The notes: generated from the sequence alone by a model not told the origin. Numbered from the stretch's first letter, positions 1-12,539 are shown. The stretch is DNA of 64,000 bases from Dictyostelium discoideum (GCA_000004695.1 CM000155.2:3392001-3456000); one strand, 5' to 3'. Numbers and translations: made by a program.

Positions 1-92
1 CACTTTTCCAAATCCCCACTTTTTCAATTTTTTTACTTTTCCAATTCCCCACATTATCAATTTTTAATTTGATTATTTTCAAATATATTTAC

Positions 93-128
<36 letters not shown>

Positions 129-239
129 GATAAAAAAAAAAAAAAAAAATAAGAATTTTCTTAAAGAGAGAGATAGAATTATTTACAAGTTTATTTTGTT
201 ATTATTATTTTTTTTTTTTTTTTTTTTTAAAAAAATTAA

Positions 240-656
240 TTAATTTTTTGGTAATAAAAGTTCTAACCTTTTAGTTATTGGAATTAATAATTCATTATCA
301 ATATTATTTGCCAAAAGATTAATAGTGAATAGTGTATGATTTTTAATTAAATTATCCACAATACTCTTTGCACCAACTGAACTAATCTTATTATTATATA
401 ATGATAATCTCGATAAAATATTATTAAAAGGAAACACTTGATTAGCAATTGATGTTGCACCAATATCACCAATTGAATTACAAGATAAATCTAAATTTGT
501 TATAGTTTTATTTGACTTCAATGCAAAAGAAATCTCTTTTGCACCAATTGCACCAATTGAATTATATGATAAATCAATAAATTCAATCACATTATTCTCT
601 TTAATTAATTTTACTAATGATAATACACCATCACTTACAACTATATTTTTATCATC

Positions 657-696
<40 letters not shown>

Positions 697-2277
697 GGTG
701 GTGGTGAAGCTTCTTTTGGATTTGTTGTTGTTGTTGTTGTTGATTGAATATGTGAAGATTCAATAGAAGTTATTAATGATTGTGATAATGAAATTGATTT
801 AATTGTTTTATTTTTAATTAATTGATTTGCAAGTACTGAAACACCATAATTACCAAGGGAATTACTTGATAGATCTAATTGAGTTAAATTTATATTATCA
901 TTTATTAAACTAAATGATTTTGCTAATTTAATAGCACCTAATGCTTCTAAATTATTACTAAATAAATTTAAATATTTTATATTTGAATTCTTTAAAAATG
1001 AACCAATATATTTCGCACCTCTATGACAAATTGTATTACAAGAGAAATCAATTGATGTAATTGGTGATACACAATTAGAAGAAGAGGATGATGATGATGA
1101 TGATGATGAGGATGATGATAAAACTTCAAATGATTTTGATAATTGAATTATTCCATTTGAATTTATCCAATTAATTGATAAATCCAATTGTGTCAATGTT
1201 TTATTATTAATTATAATATCAGAGAAAGAAGAAGCACCACTATCTTCAATACAATTACTACTTAAATTCAATGTAGTAATCATTGTATTCTCATTGTATG
1301 CAATTGATTTCGATAATAATTTAGCACCTTGATCACCAATTCTATTACATGATAAATCAATATTTAAAATTGACCTATTCAATGATAATCCAAATGCAAT
1401 ATATCCAACCGCTTGATTATCAATTAAATTTCTTGATAAATTTAATGATTTTAATGATTTATTCTTTCCTAATGAATTTTTAAATGTTAATCCAATTTTT
1501 GTTATTGCTGTCGTTATTGTTGATTGTGAAATTTCTGTTGGTGTTGCTGTTGGTATTATTATTATTGATGAAGATTCTGGTGATGATGATTCTGGTGATG
1601 ATGATGAAGAAGTAGATGATGATGATGATGGTGATAATGAAAGTTTACAATTTGATAAATTTAAATCAGTTAATGATTGATTAAGTGAAATCATTTCAGC
1701 AAATGCTAAAGTACCTTCTTGAAATAATGAATTACAACTATACTGTAATGATGTTATTGAATTATTAATTGATAATGCTTTTGCAATTGCAACTGAACCA
1801 AATTGTTTAATATCATTAAATGATAAATTCAATGACTGAATAGATTTATTACTTGATAAACCATCAGCTAGTATAATTGCAGATTCATTAGATAATTGAT
1901 TATATGATAAATCCAATGACGATAATGAAAGAGGTGTAATTGTTTTAAGTATATTTGAAAATTTAGATAATCCCACAAATCCATTACTAGTCGACTCTTT
2001 ACCACCAATTTTACAACGACCTAAATCCAATGACCAAAGTATCGATTTATTGCCACTCATAATATCATTGATTATACCAATGGTGGAATTCGATGTCATC
2101 AATTTTATTGTTAACTTTATTTTAAAATATTCTGGTAAATTAACTAACGACTTTAATTGATTCAATAATCCTAAATCAATTTGGTTAAATGCTAATTCTA
2201 AATTTATTAAATTTGAATGATCTTTTAAATCATTTATAAATTCTTTTAAATTATTATTTCCATTATTTCCATTATTT

Positions 2278-2315
<38 letters not shown>

Positions 2316-2642
2316 TAAAAAATTACAATATAATATATTTAATTCAATTAAATTCTCTAAACTTTTAATTAATTTTGATAATTTTAATAAATTTAATTTA
2401 CATTGTTTTAATGATAATGTTGATGTTGATTTAAATGATGATAATATTTTTATTGGTAAATCTAGTATATCATTATTATTAAATTCTAAGAAATGTATTG
2501 TTTCTTTACAATATTTATTCCACTTTTTATCAATTAATGTTAATTGAAAATAATCTGCTGTTAATCTATTATTACTAATTAATGAAATAATCTTTTTAAT
2601 TATTATAACTGGTAATTTATTAATATTATCAACACTAATCAT
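240..2642 (-). CDS. Leucine-rich repeat protein (ribonuclease-inhibitor-type LRRs) with poly-N/S/T low-complexity inserts
   Basis: 800-aa uninterrupted ORF. Repeated LxxLxLxxNxI / LDLSxNxIGxxGAxxL units (e.g. LNLSSNCIEDSGASSF, LDLSSNSLGNYGVSVL). Homopolymer N, S and T runs. Confidence 0.75.
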
Positions 2643-2925
2643 TTTTTTGATTTTTTATTTTTATTTTTATTATTAATATTAATATTATTATTATTATTAT
2701 TATTATTATAAAAAATGATAAAAAAAGGAAAAAAATAAAAACTAAAAATATAAAGGAGAAGGAATTAATTTCTTTTTTTTTTTTTTATTTTTTATTTTTT
2801 GTATGTAAAAAATAAGAAAATATAAAAAAAAAAAAAAAAAAATTTGTTTTTTAATTTTTATTTTTTATATGTGAAATTATTTATTTGTGTATATAGATTA
2901 ACTGTTATTAAAAACATTGAGAAAA

Positions 2926-2950
2926 GTGTGTGTGTGTGGTGTGAGTGAGT
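2926..2950. promoter_or_regulatory. GT/CA-rich 'G-box'-like element (gtgtgtgtgtgtggtgtgagtgagt) in a divergent promoter region
   Basis: Lies between the minus-strand LRR gene start (2642) and the plus-strand coiled-coil gene start (3178). Similar (GT)n blocks sit at 10381-10394 and 27323-27340, upstream of minus-strand genes. This resembles the G-rich GBF-type promoter elements described in Dictyostelium. Confidence 0.3.
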
Positions 2951-3177
2951 ATTGTTTATTATAATTAATATTAAAATTTAAATTTAAAAAAAAATAAAAA
3001 ATAAAAAATAAATAAAAAAAAAAAAAAACTGAAAAATTAATTTTTTTTTTTTTTTTTTTTTGTAAAAAAACACAACCAATTTCCTCAAATTAGATCAACA
3101 ATAATTCGATATTTATTTTTTTAATTTTTCTTTTTTTTATATTGCCACCATTTTAATATTAAAAAATAAATTTTATT

Positions 3178-3787
3178 ATGACTAGTGTAAGCAGTGATAG
3201 TAGAAAACAATTTAAAGGTTCAGGTGATCATGTATTTGATTTTGATAATAAAGAAAATCATGATTTCCTTTCATTAACAATAAAACAAGATAATAATAAT
3301 AATAATAATAATAACACCAATGTTTCATTATCACCATCAATTAAAAGTCAAGCAACATCTTCCACTGGTGGTAATAAGAATCAAATATTTTCACAAATGA
3401 GAGAATTAGATAAAAAATCATTAATGTTAATTGAAACTTATTATAGAGATAAATTAATAACTTATCAAGAAAAGTAAGTTATAATTTTTAAAATAAACAA
3501 ATAAAAACAAATGAAAACAAATAAATTAATTAATTAATAAATAAATACTAACTAATTTTTATTTATTATTATTATTATTAGATTAAAAAGAGAATTAGAA
3601 CAAATATATAATAAAAAATTACAATCATTAAAAATTCAATATGATAGTGATTCTTATTTAAAATTTAAACAATTTGAACTTGAAACTAAAAAAGCATTAT
3701 TGTTACTATTAAAAGAATTCCAAGATTTAAAGAAATCAAAACAACAACAAGAAAAACAATTAAAATTACAACAAATTAAACAAGAGA

Positions 3788-3863
<76 letters not shown>

Positions 3864-4091
3864 TGATGACCAACAAAAAGATATAGATAATAGTAATGAT
3901 ATTGTTAATGATTTTAAAACAGATAAAATATTAAAAGAAAAAGAAGAAATTTTAAATAAATTAGAATTAATAACGAAATCAATAACAGATTTATTTATTC
4001 AACAAGTTGATATCTCTACTGATACTATCGACTTTCAATCTTTTTTATCAAATATTGTAGCAACGACGACAACAACAACTGCAACAATATC

Positions 4092-4098
<7 letters not shown>
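3178..4098 (+). CDS. Coiled-coil / poly-Asn protein, 2 exons (intron 3474..3581)
   Basis: ORF 3178.. ends at a TAA that is part of a GTAAGT donor (g3474). An AT-rich intron ends in 'ttattag' at 3581. The downstream frame continues as LKRELEQIYNKKLQSLKIQYDSDSYLKFKQFELETKK... through ORF 3700..4098. Heptad-like K/E/Q-rich sequence with an (AAT)22 tract. Confidence 0.55.
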
Positions 4099-4138
<40 letters not shown>

Positions 4139-4259
4139 AAATAAAATAATAGTAATAATTGTTGTAATATTATAAAAAAAGATGTATTTTCTTTATTATT
4201 AATTTTTTTATTTTTTATTTTAAAATATACATATATATAGCGCGTTTTATATATATATA

Positions 4260-5009
4260 TTAATTTGTTGTATTTGTATCAGGAGTTGTAATTGTTGTTT
4301 TTGATTGATCTATTAATTCTGGGAAAATATTGACAAATTCGTGAATTTCATCTATACAATAATCGACATGAGGATCATTTGAAGTAGCACCAACCAAAAC
4401 AGTGTACATACCAGCTTTTTTTGCTTCTACTAAATTCTCTACAACATCATCGAAAAACACACAACCAGATGCATCGGTAGTGTCAGCTTTTTTCATTGCC
4501 ATTTGGTAGGCGACTGGATGAGGTTTTGAAAAGTCCATCATTTCTAAATAATCTAACCAAGCATCGAAACAATCATCAATTTCCAATTCACGTGTAACAC
4601 GTTTACAATGACCAATGTCGGCATTTGAAAAGATCACCTTTTTGACACCACTCTTTACACTCTTGAGACATGCATGTAATCGTGCATCTGGTTTTAAATG
4701 ACTCTTTAAATCTAATCCACCATGAACATAATCTAAATATTTGTCAATGTTTACTTCATGATTCATCATTAAACCTTTTAATGTGAGGCCATATGTTTTA
4801 TAATAATGATTTCTAACTTTATCTACCTCTTCCATTGGTAAATTCAATATGATTGACATATATTGAGTGATTCTATTACTAACTTGTGCTGCTAATCCAC
4901 ATGATTTTGGATATAATGTATTATCTAAATCAAATAATAATGTATGAATTTTACGTTCACCATTATTCTTTATTAAATTATCTGTTGAATTAATTTCTGC
5001 TACTGTCAT
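4260..5009 (-). CDS. HAD-superfamily hydrolase (SDT1/pyrimidine 5'-nucleotidase-like, subfamily IA)
   Basis: 249-aa ORF. N-terminal HAD motif I 'LLFDLDNTLY', and later 'VFFDD' motif IV-like. Single exon. Confidence 0.8.
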   Translation of the reverse strand: MTVAEINSTDNLIKNNGERKIHTLLFDLDNTLYPKSCGLAAQVSNRITQYMSIILNLPMEEVDKVRNHYYKTYGLTLKGLMMNHEVNIDKYLDYVHGGLDLKSHLKPDARLHACLKSVKSGVKKVIFSNADIGHCKRVTRELEIDDCFDAWLDYLEMMDFSKPHPVAYQMAMKKADTTDASGCVFFDDVVENLVEAKKAGMYTVLVGATSNDPHVDYCIDEIHEFVNIFPELIDQSKTTITTPDTNTTN

Positions 5010-6571
5010 TTTTATTTATTTATTATTGTAATTATTTTTTTATACTAATAAAAAAAAAAAAAAGGAATATTATGTTAATTTTTTTTTTTTTTTTTTATAA
5101 TATATAAATAAATATTTTAAAAGAGAGAGATAGAGATAGAGAGAGTGAAAGAAAGAGTGAATGAATTAATGATAAAAAAAAAAAAAAAAAAAAAAACCTA
5201 TTTATATTTAAAATTTAATATTGCCATTTAATTTTTTTTTTTTATTTTAAAAAAAAAAAAATAAAATATGTGGGATGGTGGTAAGTGTTTATTTAGGGTG
5301 TGTTTATTATGTATAATTACCAGTTGGGGAATTTGGGGGTTTAAAATGCCAAAAAAAAAAAAAAAAATTTTTTTTAAGAGGGGTGGTGTATATATATGTA
5401 TTTGAAGGAATGTAATAGTATTAAAAATTGTAATAATACCCAATAAGAAAGTTTATAGATAATGGTTTGTAATAAAATTATTATTATTATTATTATTATC
5501 TATGTTTTGAAATTATTTGTTGTAATTAATTTGATGGTATGGAAATAAAAAAAAAATGATAAAAAAAAAAAAAAAGGTGGGTTTTTTTTTTTTTAATTTT
5601 ATTTTTTTTTTTTTTTTCAAATTTATCAAAATTTTAGGAAAATAAAAATTAAATTAATTAAAATATTTTTTTTTTACCCCCCAAACCGCAAGGCACCAAA
5701 ATTTTTTTTTTAAGCAGTTATAATTCATCACTATTTTGAAACAATAACGAAAATGAATTTCATTTTTTTTTTTTCCCTAATAAATGACAAAAAATAATAA
5801 AAAAAAAAGAAAAAAAAATAAAAAAAAATAAAAAAAAAAAAAAGAAAAAAACAATTAAACAAAAGAAAAATTAATTAATTAAAATTTAAAAAAAAAATGA
5901 TTTGAAAAAAAAAAAAAAAAAAAAAATATAACCAAATGGTGCCAGGTGGAAGTTTCTAGCACTAAAAAGGTGTAAAATTATTTTTTTTTTTTTTATTTTT
6001 TTTTTTTTTTTGGTGTATGCAAACGTTATTTTAATATAACCTTAATCAAATTTAAAAAATTAAAAAAAAAAAAAATTTAAAAAAAATAAATTATTTAAAA
6101 AACATTTACAAATTTATTTTATAATAATATTATTTTTCGTACATCAAAAAATGTGAAAATATTTTAATTAATTATTTATTTTATTTTGGTTTTTTTTTTT
6201 TTTTTTTTTTTAAACAAAATAATTTTTTTTTTTTTATTTTAATCACCACTTTTAAATTTGATTAAATAAATAATTTTTTATTTATTCATTTTTAAAAAAC
6301 GATATAAAACATTTAACACTTCAAAAAAAAAAAAAATAAAAAAATAAAAAAAAACACTTCAAAAAAAATAAAAAATAAAATATAAAAATAAAAAATAAAA
6401 TCTTAAAAAACCACATATAAAATTTTCCATATCGGTATTAGTATTATTAATTTTATATTATTCTAAAATTAATCATTTATAGTTTTTATAATAAAAATAA
6501 TAATTATAATAATAATAATAATAATCCAAATTCGTAATAAGGAATAAAAAAAAAAAAAAAAAAAAAAAAAA

Positions 6572-8098
6572 ATGAATTATTATCAAAATTTAAATGAAAA
6601 TAATCAATTTAAATATAAACCAAATTATAATTATAATAATAATAATAATAAATATATAAATAATAATTATAAAAATAATAATAATAATTTATTATTAAAA
6701 ATAATGAAAAAAATTAAAATTAAAATTTTAAATTTAATTGAATTTTTAAAATTTAATTTTAAAAAAACCAATTTTAAAATAATATTTAAACAAATTGGGA
6801 TTCAATTATTATTTATGTGTTTATTATTTGGAATTATTGCACCAATTTCAATTTTACTTTATAATAATTCACCATCAAAATATTTAGGTAATAAAATCCA
6901 ATTTTCAAGTGAAGATATTTATTCACCAATTGAAAATAATATTTCAATTTATGATAGAAAAGAATTTCCACAACAATGGTCACAAGTTAATATTTTATTA
7001 GACCCACATTCACATACAACTTATTCCGATGGAACATTAACACCTGAGGAGAATATAAAATGGCATATTTCCAATGGTTTCAATGCAATGTTTATGACCG
7101 ATCATAATAAAATCGAAGGTGGGTTAGAGGGACAGCGAATCGCCCAAAAGAAATACTCTTCAAAGATATTGGTGGTGCCAGGTATCGAATGGACAAATTG
7201 CAGATGTCATTTAAATTTAATTGGTATCAATGTGAATGTACCCTTAATTAAATTCCCAACAAATAAAGAAATTAAGGAAATAATTGATTTCGTTCATTCC
7301 CAAGGTGGGTTAGTTATATTGAATCATTATCCATGGAGTTACTGGGCAGGTTTAGACCAACCCTCAATGGAAGAATGGTATGAAATGGGCATTGACTTCC
7401 TCGAGGTTGTAAATATTGACACTATGGACTACCAAGGTATAGTATTTTGTAAAGACCATGACCTTCGTTATGTGACAGGTTCTGATTTCCATAGTAATCA
7501 ACATGCTTACTCTTGGACAGTTTTCAATATACCTCAATTACCACATGGTTCAATCCCAACTCAAGATCAATTAATTAAAACATTATTAGATAAATCAACT
7601 AAAACTTCATTTGCATTCGATTCACTTGCTAGTAAAACAGTTTCAGTTAAATCAAATAAATTAACACTTAATCCAACCTTCATTTTCTTATCACCTTGGA
7701 TTTATATAGGTGGTTTCTTTCATAGTTTTTTCGAATTAAAAAAAGGAATGTATAGTTTTGTAGATGGTAGTTGTACTGAACAAATTGTTGATATTCATAC
7801 CAATGAATTAGTTTCATTAGTAGCTTGGATTTTCTTTATTTTTATAATTGCCCAATTATTATATTTCACTTTAATTTTCACTTTAAATTATTTAAAATCA
7901 AAATTTAAAAATAAATCAAAAGAATCAACAACAATAAATAAAGAAGATTTTGAAAAAGAAAAAGAAACTGAAATAGAAAATGAAAAACAATCATCAATTA
8001 ATTTAGATGACAATTGTGACAATTGTGAAAGTAGTGGTAGCAGTAGTAATTCTTCTGATATTATATCAGATAATAGTTCAATAAGTAGTAACGATTAA
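6572..8098 (+). CDS. PHP-domain phosphoesterase (TrpH/YciV, COG0613-like) with predicted transmembrane segments
   Basis: PHP motif I 'LLDPHSHTTYSDGTLTPEE' and motif II 'AMFMTDHNKIEGG'. Hydrophobic helices (LLFMCLLFGIIAPISILLY; VSLVAWIFFIFIIAQLLYFTLIF). N-terminal poly-N. Confidence 0.7.
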   Translation: MNYYQNLNENNQFKYKPNYNYNNNNNKYINNNYKNNNNNLLLKIMKKIKIKILNLIEFLKFNFKKTNFKIIFKQIGIQLLFMCLLFGIIAPISILLYNNSPSKYLGNKIQFSSEDIYSPIENNISIYDRKEFPQQWSQVNILLDPHSHTTYSDGTLTPEENIKWHISNGFNAMFMTDHNKIEGGLEGQRIAQKKYSSKILVVPGIEWTNCRCHLNLIGINVNVPLIKFPTNKEIKEIIDFVHSQGGLVILNHYPWSYWAGLDQPSMEEWYEMGIDFLEVVNIDTMDYQGIVFCKDHDLRYVTGSDFHSNQHAYSWTVFNIPQLPHGSIPTQDQLIKTLLDKSTKTSFAFDSLASKTVSVKSNKLTLNPTFIFLSPWIYIGGFFHSFFELKKGMYSFVDGSCTEQIVDIHTNELVSLVAWIFFIFIIAQLLYFTLIFTLNYLKSKFKNKSKESTTINKEDFEKEKETEIENEKQSSINLDDNCDNCESSGSSSNSSDIISDNSSISSND

Positions 8099-8164
8099 AA
8101 AAAAAAAAATAAAAAAATAAAATAAAATAAACTTTTTATTTGTAAATATAATTAATTTTATTAT

Positions 8165-9090
8165 TTAAAAATTATCTAAAGCATTAAATAAAGAATGATA
8201 AGTTTCTAATAATAAAGGTTTAGCTAATTCTGAATTTTCTTTAAAAGCATCTGGTTTATTTGGATTCATATTTACACCTAATACTAAAATTACAATATCT
8301 ATACCATATTCTTTATGAAGTATTGAATTTACTAATTGTTTATTATTTTGTAATGATATTGGATAAACTTTACCAATTTTACCACAATTTGGATATAAAT
8401 TTTTAGTCACTTTTTCAAAGGTACCAGTATCTAACATTTCATATAATTGTTTATTTTGTGGTGTTTTCTTTAATCTCCATGTCGATTCTGTTGCAAATAA
8501 TTTACAACCTAAATTAAATTGTTCTAAACTATTTGAATTTTCAATTTTAATAATTTCAAACCTTTTATCCCATTTATCATTAAAATGCTAAATATAAATA
8601 TAAAAATTATAAAATAAATTAGTAAATAATTTAAAATATAAATTTCAGAGATATATATACCTTTTTAAATGATTGAATTAAATTATCAGAATAAATAGAT
8701 TTCTCTACCATCATTTTTAATTTAATATCATCTTCTTTTTCATGAAAATGTAAATATTCTGAAATTGCATTTGCAGATATCTCTGTTGCATCATCAATAT
8801 TGAAACCAAATGTTGAAGTAGATATGAAAGGAAATGCTAATGATCTCTCTTTTAATGCATCTGTTAATCTTTTCTTTCTATATTTTGGTCCAATAATTTT
8901 ACTAATATTTGAATTACTTTCATCAAAATTTTCATTTATTTTTGTTTGTGGTTGTATTGATGGTGATGATGTTGATGATGATGTTTTAGTTGCCGGTGTT
9001 GTTGTTGTTGTTGTTGATGATGATGATGATGATGATGGTGATGACGATTGAGGTATAGTTACAGCAGAGTTTGCAGTTTTTGCAGAAGTT

Positions 9091-9164
<74 letters not shown>

Positions 9165-10141
9165 TTTTAAATCGTTAATTGAAGTTGTTGATTTTGTTTT
9201 AATTGTATCATCTGTTAAATTATTAGTTGATTGAACTGTATTTTGTACTTTTGAACCTGTTTTTGTTGTTTTATCATCATTATTTCTATCTTCATTATCA
9301 CTGTCATTATTATTATTATTATTGTTATTATTATTTATTAACTGATTTGGATGATAATATTCATTTAAATGATCAAGATTCTAAAATGAATGAATGAATG
9401 ATAAATAAAATATATAGTTAGTTTTCCAAAATAATGTTTTTTTTTTTTTTCATTCTTATTTATTTTGTATTCTTACCTTTCTATAACATTTTGAACCAAA
9501 AGGACATTGTGGTTTAGTATTAGTATTATCTATCTTTTTCTTTTTATTTATATCTTCATTTTCATTATTTTGTTTTTGTTGTTGTAGTTGTTGATGCTGT
9601 TGATGCTGTTGCTGTTGTTGTGAATCAATTTGTTTTCTTTTTTTATCATCTTGACTTTTATTATTATCATTATTATTATTATTATTATTTATTGGTTGAA
9701 AAGTGACTAAAAATGTATACATCTCAAATAAAAGTGAAAAACAATCACCATCTTCTAAAGTATAATTTTGATCTTTTGCCATTTGAACAAAAAATTCTTG
9801 ATTTGCTTTCTTTAAGTATGATGGATTAATACCTGTCTAAAATTATTATTATTTTTGTTAGTAAAAAAAGAAAAAAATAAAAAAATGAAAAAATGAAAAA
9901 AAAAAAAAGAATTAATTTTTGAATTCATATATATATATACATAAATACTTACAGATGAAATGTAAACAGTATCATCATTTAAAGTGATTGTAATTTGTTT
10001 TCTTGAACATTTCTTTTCTTGTAATTGTTCAAATGTTCCTCTACCAATATAATAATTACCAATATCACTACAATTTAAAATTGCACCTTTCAATGAGTCA
10101 TCAATACATTTAATATTTAAACAATTATTTATTTTTTTCAT
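8165..10141 (-). CDS. FHA + PBZ zinc-finger DNA-damage response protein (APLF-like), 4 exons
   Basis: Exon 1 (9953..10141) and exon 2 (9477..9836) encode an FHA-like domain (YYIGRG...ITI..DDTVYISS|TGINPSY...EDGDCFSLL). The PBZ motif KPQCPFGSKCYRK|NLDHLNEYYH is split by intron 9381..9476 (GTAAGA...TTTTAG). Exon 3 (8661..9380) is low-complexity. Exon 4 (8165..8587) follows intron 8588..8660 (GTATAT...TTTAG). All junctions are in phase. Confidence 0.6.
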
Positions 10142-10441
10142 TTTCTATAAGTGTTGGTTGGTTGCTTTGAGAAAAAAGAAAATTAAAAAAAAAGAAAAAA
10201 ATTAAAAAAATAAAAATTAAAATTAAAATATTTATAAAAAACATTCAAACTCACTTTTTCCCACAATAAAAATTCCCGCCTAAAAAAAAAAATTTTGGAT
10301 TTCTTATAATTAACACTTAGAAGAAAACATTTTTTGGATTATTAAAATAAAATAAAAAAATAAAAAAAATTTTGTTTAAGAGTGTGTGTGTGTATTGCTT
10401 TTTTTTATTAAAATATTTTATTTTTTTTATTTTATTTTAAA

Positions 10442-12088
10442 TTAATTTAATTCTTGATTAATTTTAATTAATAAAGAATTAAAATAATTTGAATTCTCAG
10501 GTGATTTTGGTACACCTAAACCAAGTTTATACATATTTGATAGATTTGAAATTGCAGGTATACTTTTATTATTTAAATTGAAAGCATTTTGATAACAATA
10601 GAATGCTTTTGAATAATCAACATTTGTACCAAACCCATTGAAATGACAAACACCTTGATTTATATAAGCATCAGAATTACCTAATTCCGAAGCATCAATA
10701 AATAATTGTAATGCTTTTTTATAAGATTGTTCTCTTTTATTCTCACCTCTAAAATATTGTTCACCCAATATCACCATTGCCACTGAATCACCCCTCTCAA
10801 CACCCAATTCCAAATAATGATTAAACATATCCACATCCCTCTCACCAACACCACCAACACCATCCAAATAAAGTGATGCTAAAAATGCTGGTGCTTTACA
10901 ATTACCTTGTTCAATTGATAATTTTAAAAATTTAATTGAATCAATTAATTGTTCCTCCTCCTCCTCTTGATTATTACTATCTCTATTAATAAATGTTGAA
11001 CCTAATATAAAACTTGATTCAGAATCAGATAGTTTTGAAGAACCTTTAATTAAATATTTTAATGCTAATATTAAATGTTCTTCATTATTTAAAGTATCAT
11101 TTGAATAGGATGATAAATAGTATTTACCCAATTCCAATGTTGAGTTAACATCATCGAAATCAGTAGAAGCTTTATCTAACCAATAGATAGCTTGTTTCTC
11201 ATTTTTATCAATATTAAATTTACCATGTAATAAAATTAAACCAAGATTAAATTGAGCAACTGAAAAGTTTTGAATTGCACTTAGATGTAAATATCTTAAC
11301 CCTTTTTCAATTCTTTCTCTTTCACTAATTTCATCTTTAATTAAATTCTCTTTAAATAATACTGATTTCTTTCTTTCCTCTTTTAACCATTTTTTATAAT
11401 CAAATTGTTCTTCTTCATTATTATTATTAATTGATACCCAACCATTACCTAGTAAAACATTATTATCATTATTATTATTATTATTATTATTTGTAATTGT
11501 TGGAAATAATGGTTTAAATAAATTTTCAGTATTATTTAAAATTAATGATAAACCATATGCAAATTGACCTTTTGGATTATTATTATTGTCAGCTGATTTT
11601 CTAAAATATTCTAAAGCAATTTCATTATTCTTTTCAACGAGAATACCTTGAGCATAAAATGTACCTAAATGAAAATCAATCAATTCATCACTCTCCAGTA
11701 TATTTTGTTCTAATTGAATATATTTCTCAACTTCACCAGTTGTCATTTTACCTGTATAATCATCTCTAATCTTATTTAATAATTTTATATATTGATTTTT
11801 TGTTGATAATTCTTCATTATTATTATTAATATTATTATTATTATTATTATTAATATTACTATTATTAATATTACTATTATTTAATATTGTAGTTGGTGGT
11901 ACAGTTATTGATGGATTGTTATTACTATCACTATTATTATTATTATTATAATTATTATTATTATTATTATTTAAAGTAAATTCAATTGGTTTTTGTGTTG
12001 AAATACAAAATGATCTTTTATTATAACAAATTCTTTTAAAGACTTGAACTCTATTAAAAGAGAATTTTAATTTATTCATCTCAATCAA
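10442..12088 (-). CDS. Sel1-like repeat (SLR/TPR-like) protein with poly-N inserts
   Basis: 548-aa ORF. Sel1 repeat signatures: AQFNLGLILLHGKFNIDKNEKQAIYWLDKA, NSDAYINQGVCHFNGFGTNVDYSKAFYCYQNA, LSNMYKLGLGVPKS. Confidence 0.75.
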   Translation of the reverse strand: MIEMNKLKFSFNRVQVFKRICYNKRSFCISTQKPIEFTLNNNNNNNYNNNNNSDSNNNPSITVPPTTILNNSNINNSNINNNNNNNINNNNEELSTKNQYIKLLNKIRDDYTGKMTTGEVEKYIQLEQNILESDELIDFHLGTFYAQGILVEKNNEIALEYFRKSADNNNNPKGQFAYGLSLILNNTENLFKPLFPTITNNNNNNNNDNNVLLGNGWVSINNNNEEEQFDYKKWLKEERKKSVLFKENLIKDEISERERIEKGLRYLHLSAIQNFSVAQFNLGLILLHGKFNIDKNEKQAIYWLDKASTDFDDVNSTLELGKYYLSSYSNDTLNNEEHLILALKYLIKGSSKLSDSESSFILGSTFINRDSNNQEEEEEQLIDSIKFLKLSIEQGNCKAPAFLASLYLDGVGGVGERDVDMFNHYLELGVERGDSVAMVILGEQYFRGENKREQSYKKALQLFIDASELGNSDAYINQGVCHFNGFGTNVDYSKAFYCYQNAFNLNNKSIPAISNLSNMYKLGLGVPKSPENSNYFNSLLIKINQELN

Positions 12089-12327
12089 TCTTCTTTCGTT
12101 AATGAAAAATTAAAAAAATAAAAAAATGAAAAATAAAAAAAAAATAAAAAATTAAAAAAAATAAATTTGAATGATTTTTTTTAAAACATTTAAATTTCAT
12201 ATTCAATAATAATCATGATTATTAAAAATAAATAAATTATTTTTGTTTGGTAATTATTGGTTTTTTTTTTTTTTTTTTTTTATTTTATAATTTTTAAAAA
12301 TTATTGAATAGAAAAAAAAAAAAAAAT

Positions 12328-12378
12328 ACAATAAATTCCATTGCCACTAGTCTGGTTACAAGGAATGGAATTTATTGT
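12328..12378. promoter_or_regulatory. Perfect 15-bp inverted repeat (acaataaattccatt / aatggaatttattgt) with 21-nt spacer in a divergent intergenic region
   Basis: Seen directly at 12328-12342 and 12364-12378. It lies between the start of the minus-strand Sel1 gene and the start of the plus-strand AKR gene. Confidence 0.35.
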
Positions 12379-12539
12379 TTTTTTTTTTTTCCCAATTGAG
12401 AAAAAATAGGGAAATTGATAAAAAGCTTGAAAATGGATTATCGATGGTTCTCTATTATTATTCTAGAAAATTAAAACTAAACAAATATTTGAAAAAAATC
12501 TAGATTTTTTTTATAAAACTAAAAACAACAATAAAATAT

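Noticed and set aside
5228-5443. Short AT-rich ORFs in intergenic DNA (also 17717..17935, 19978..20250, 20318..20524, 21142..21330, 27352..27594, 31593..31799, 38099..38305, 56761..57063)
   Set aside because: Poly-F, K, I and L translations of homopolymer tracts. No domain and no codon-usage signal.
8800-9051. 83-aa plus-strand ORF rich in Asp and Val
   Set aside because: Antisense of exon 3 of the FHA/PBZ gene. Low-complexity artefact.
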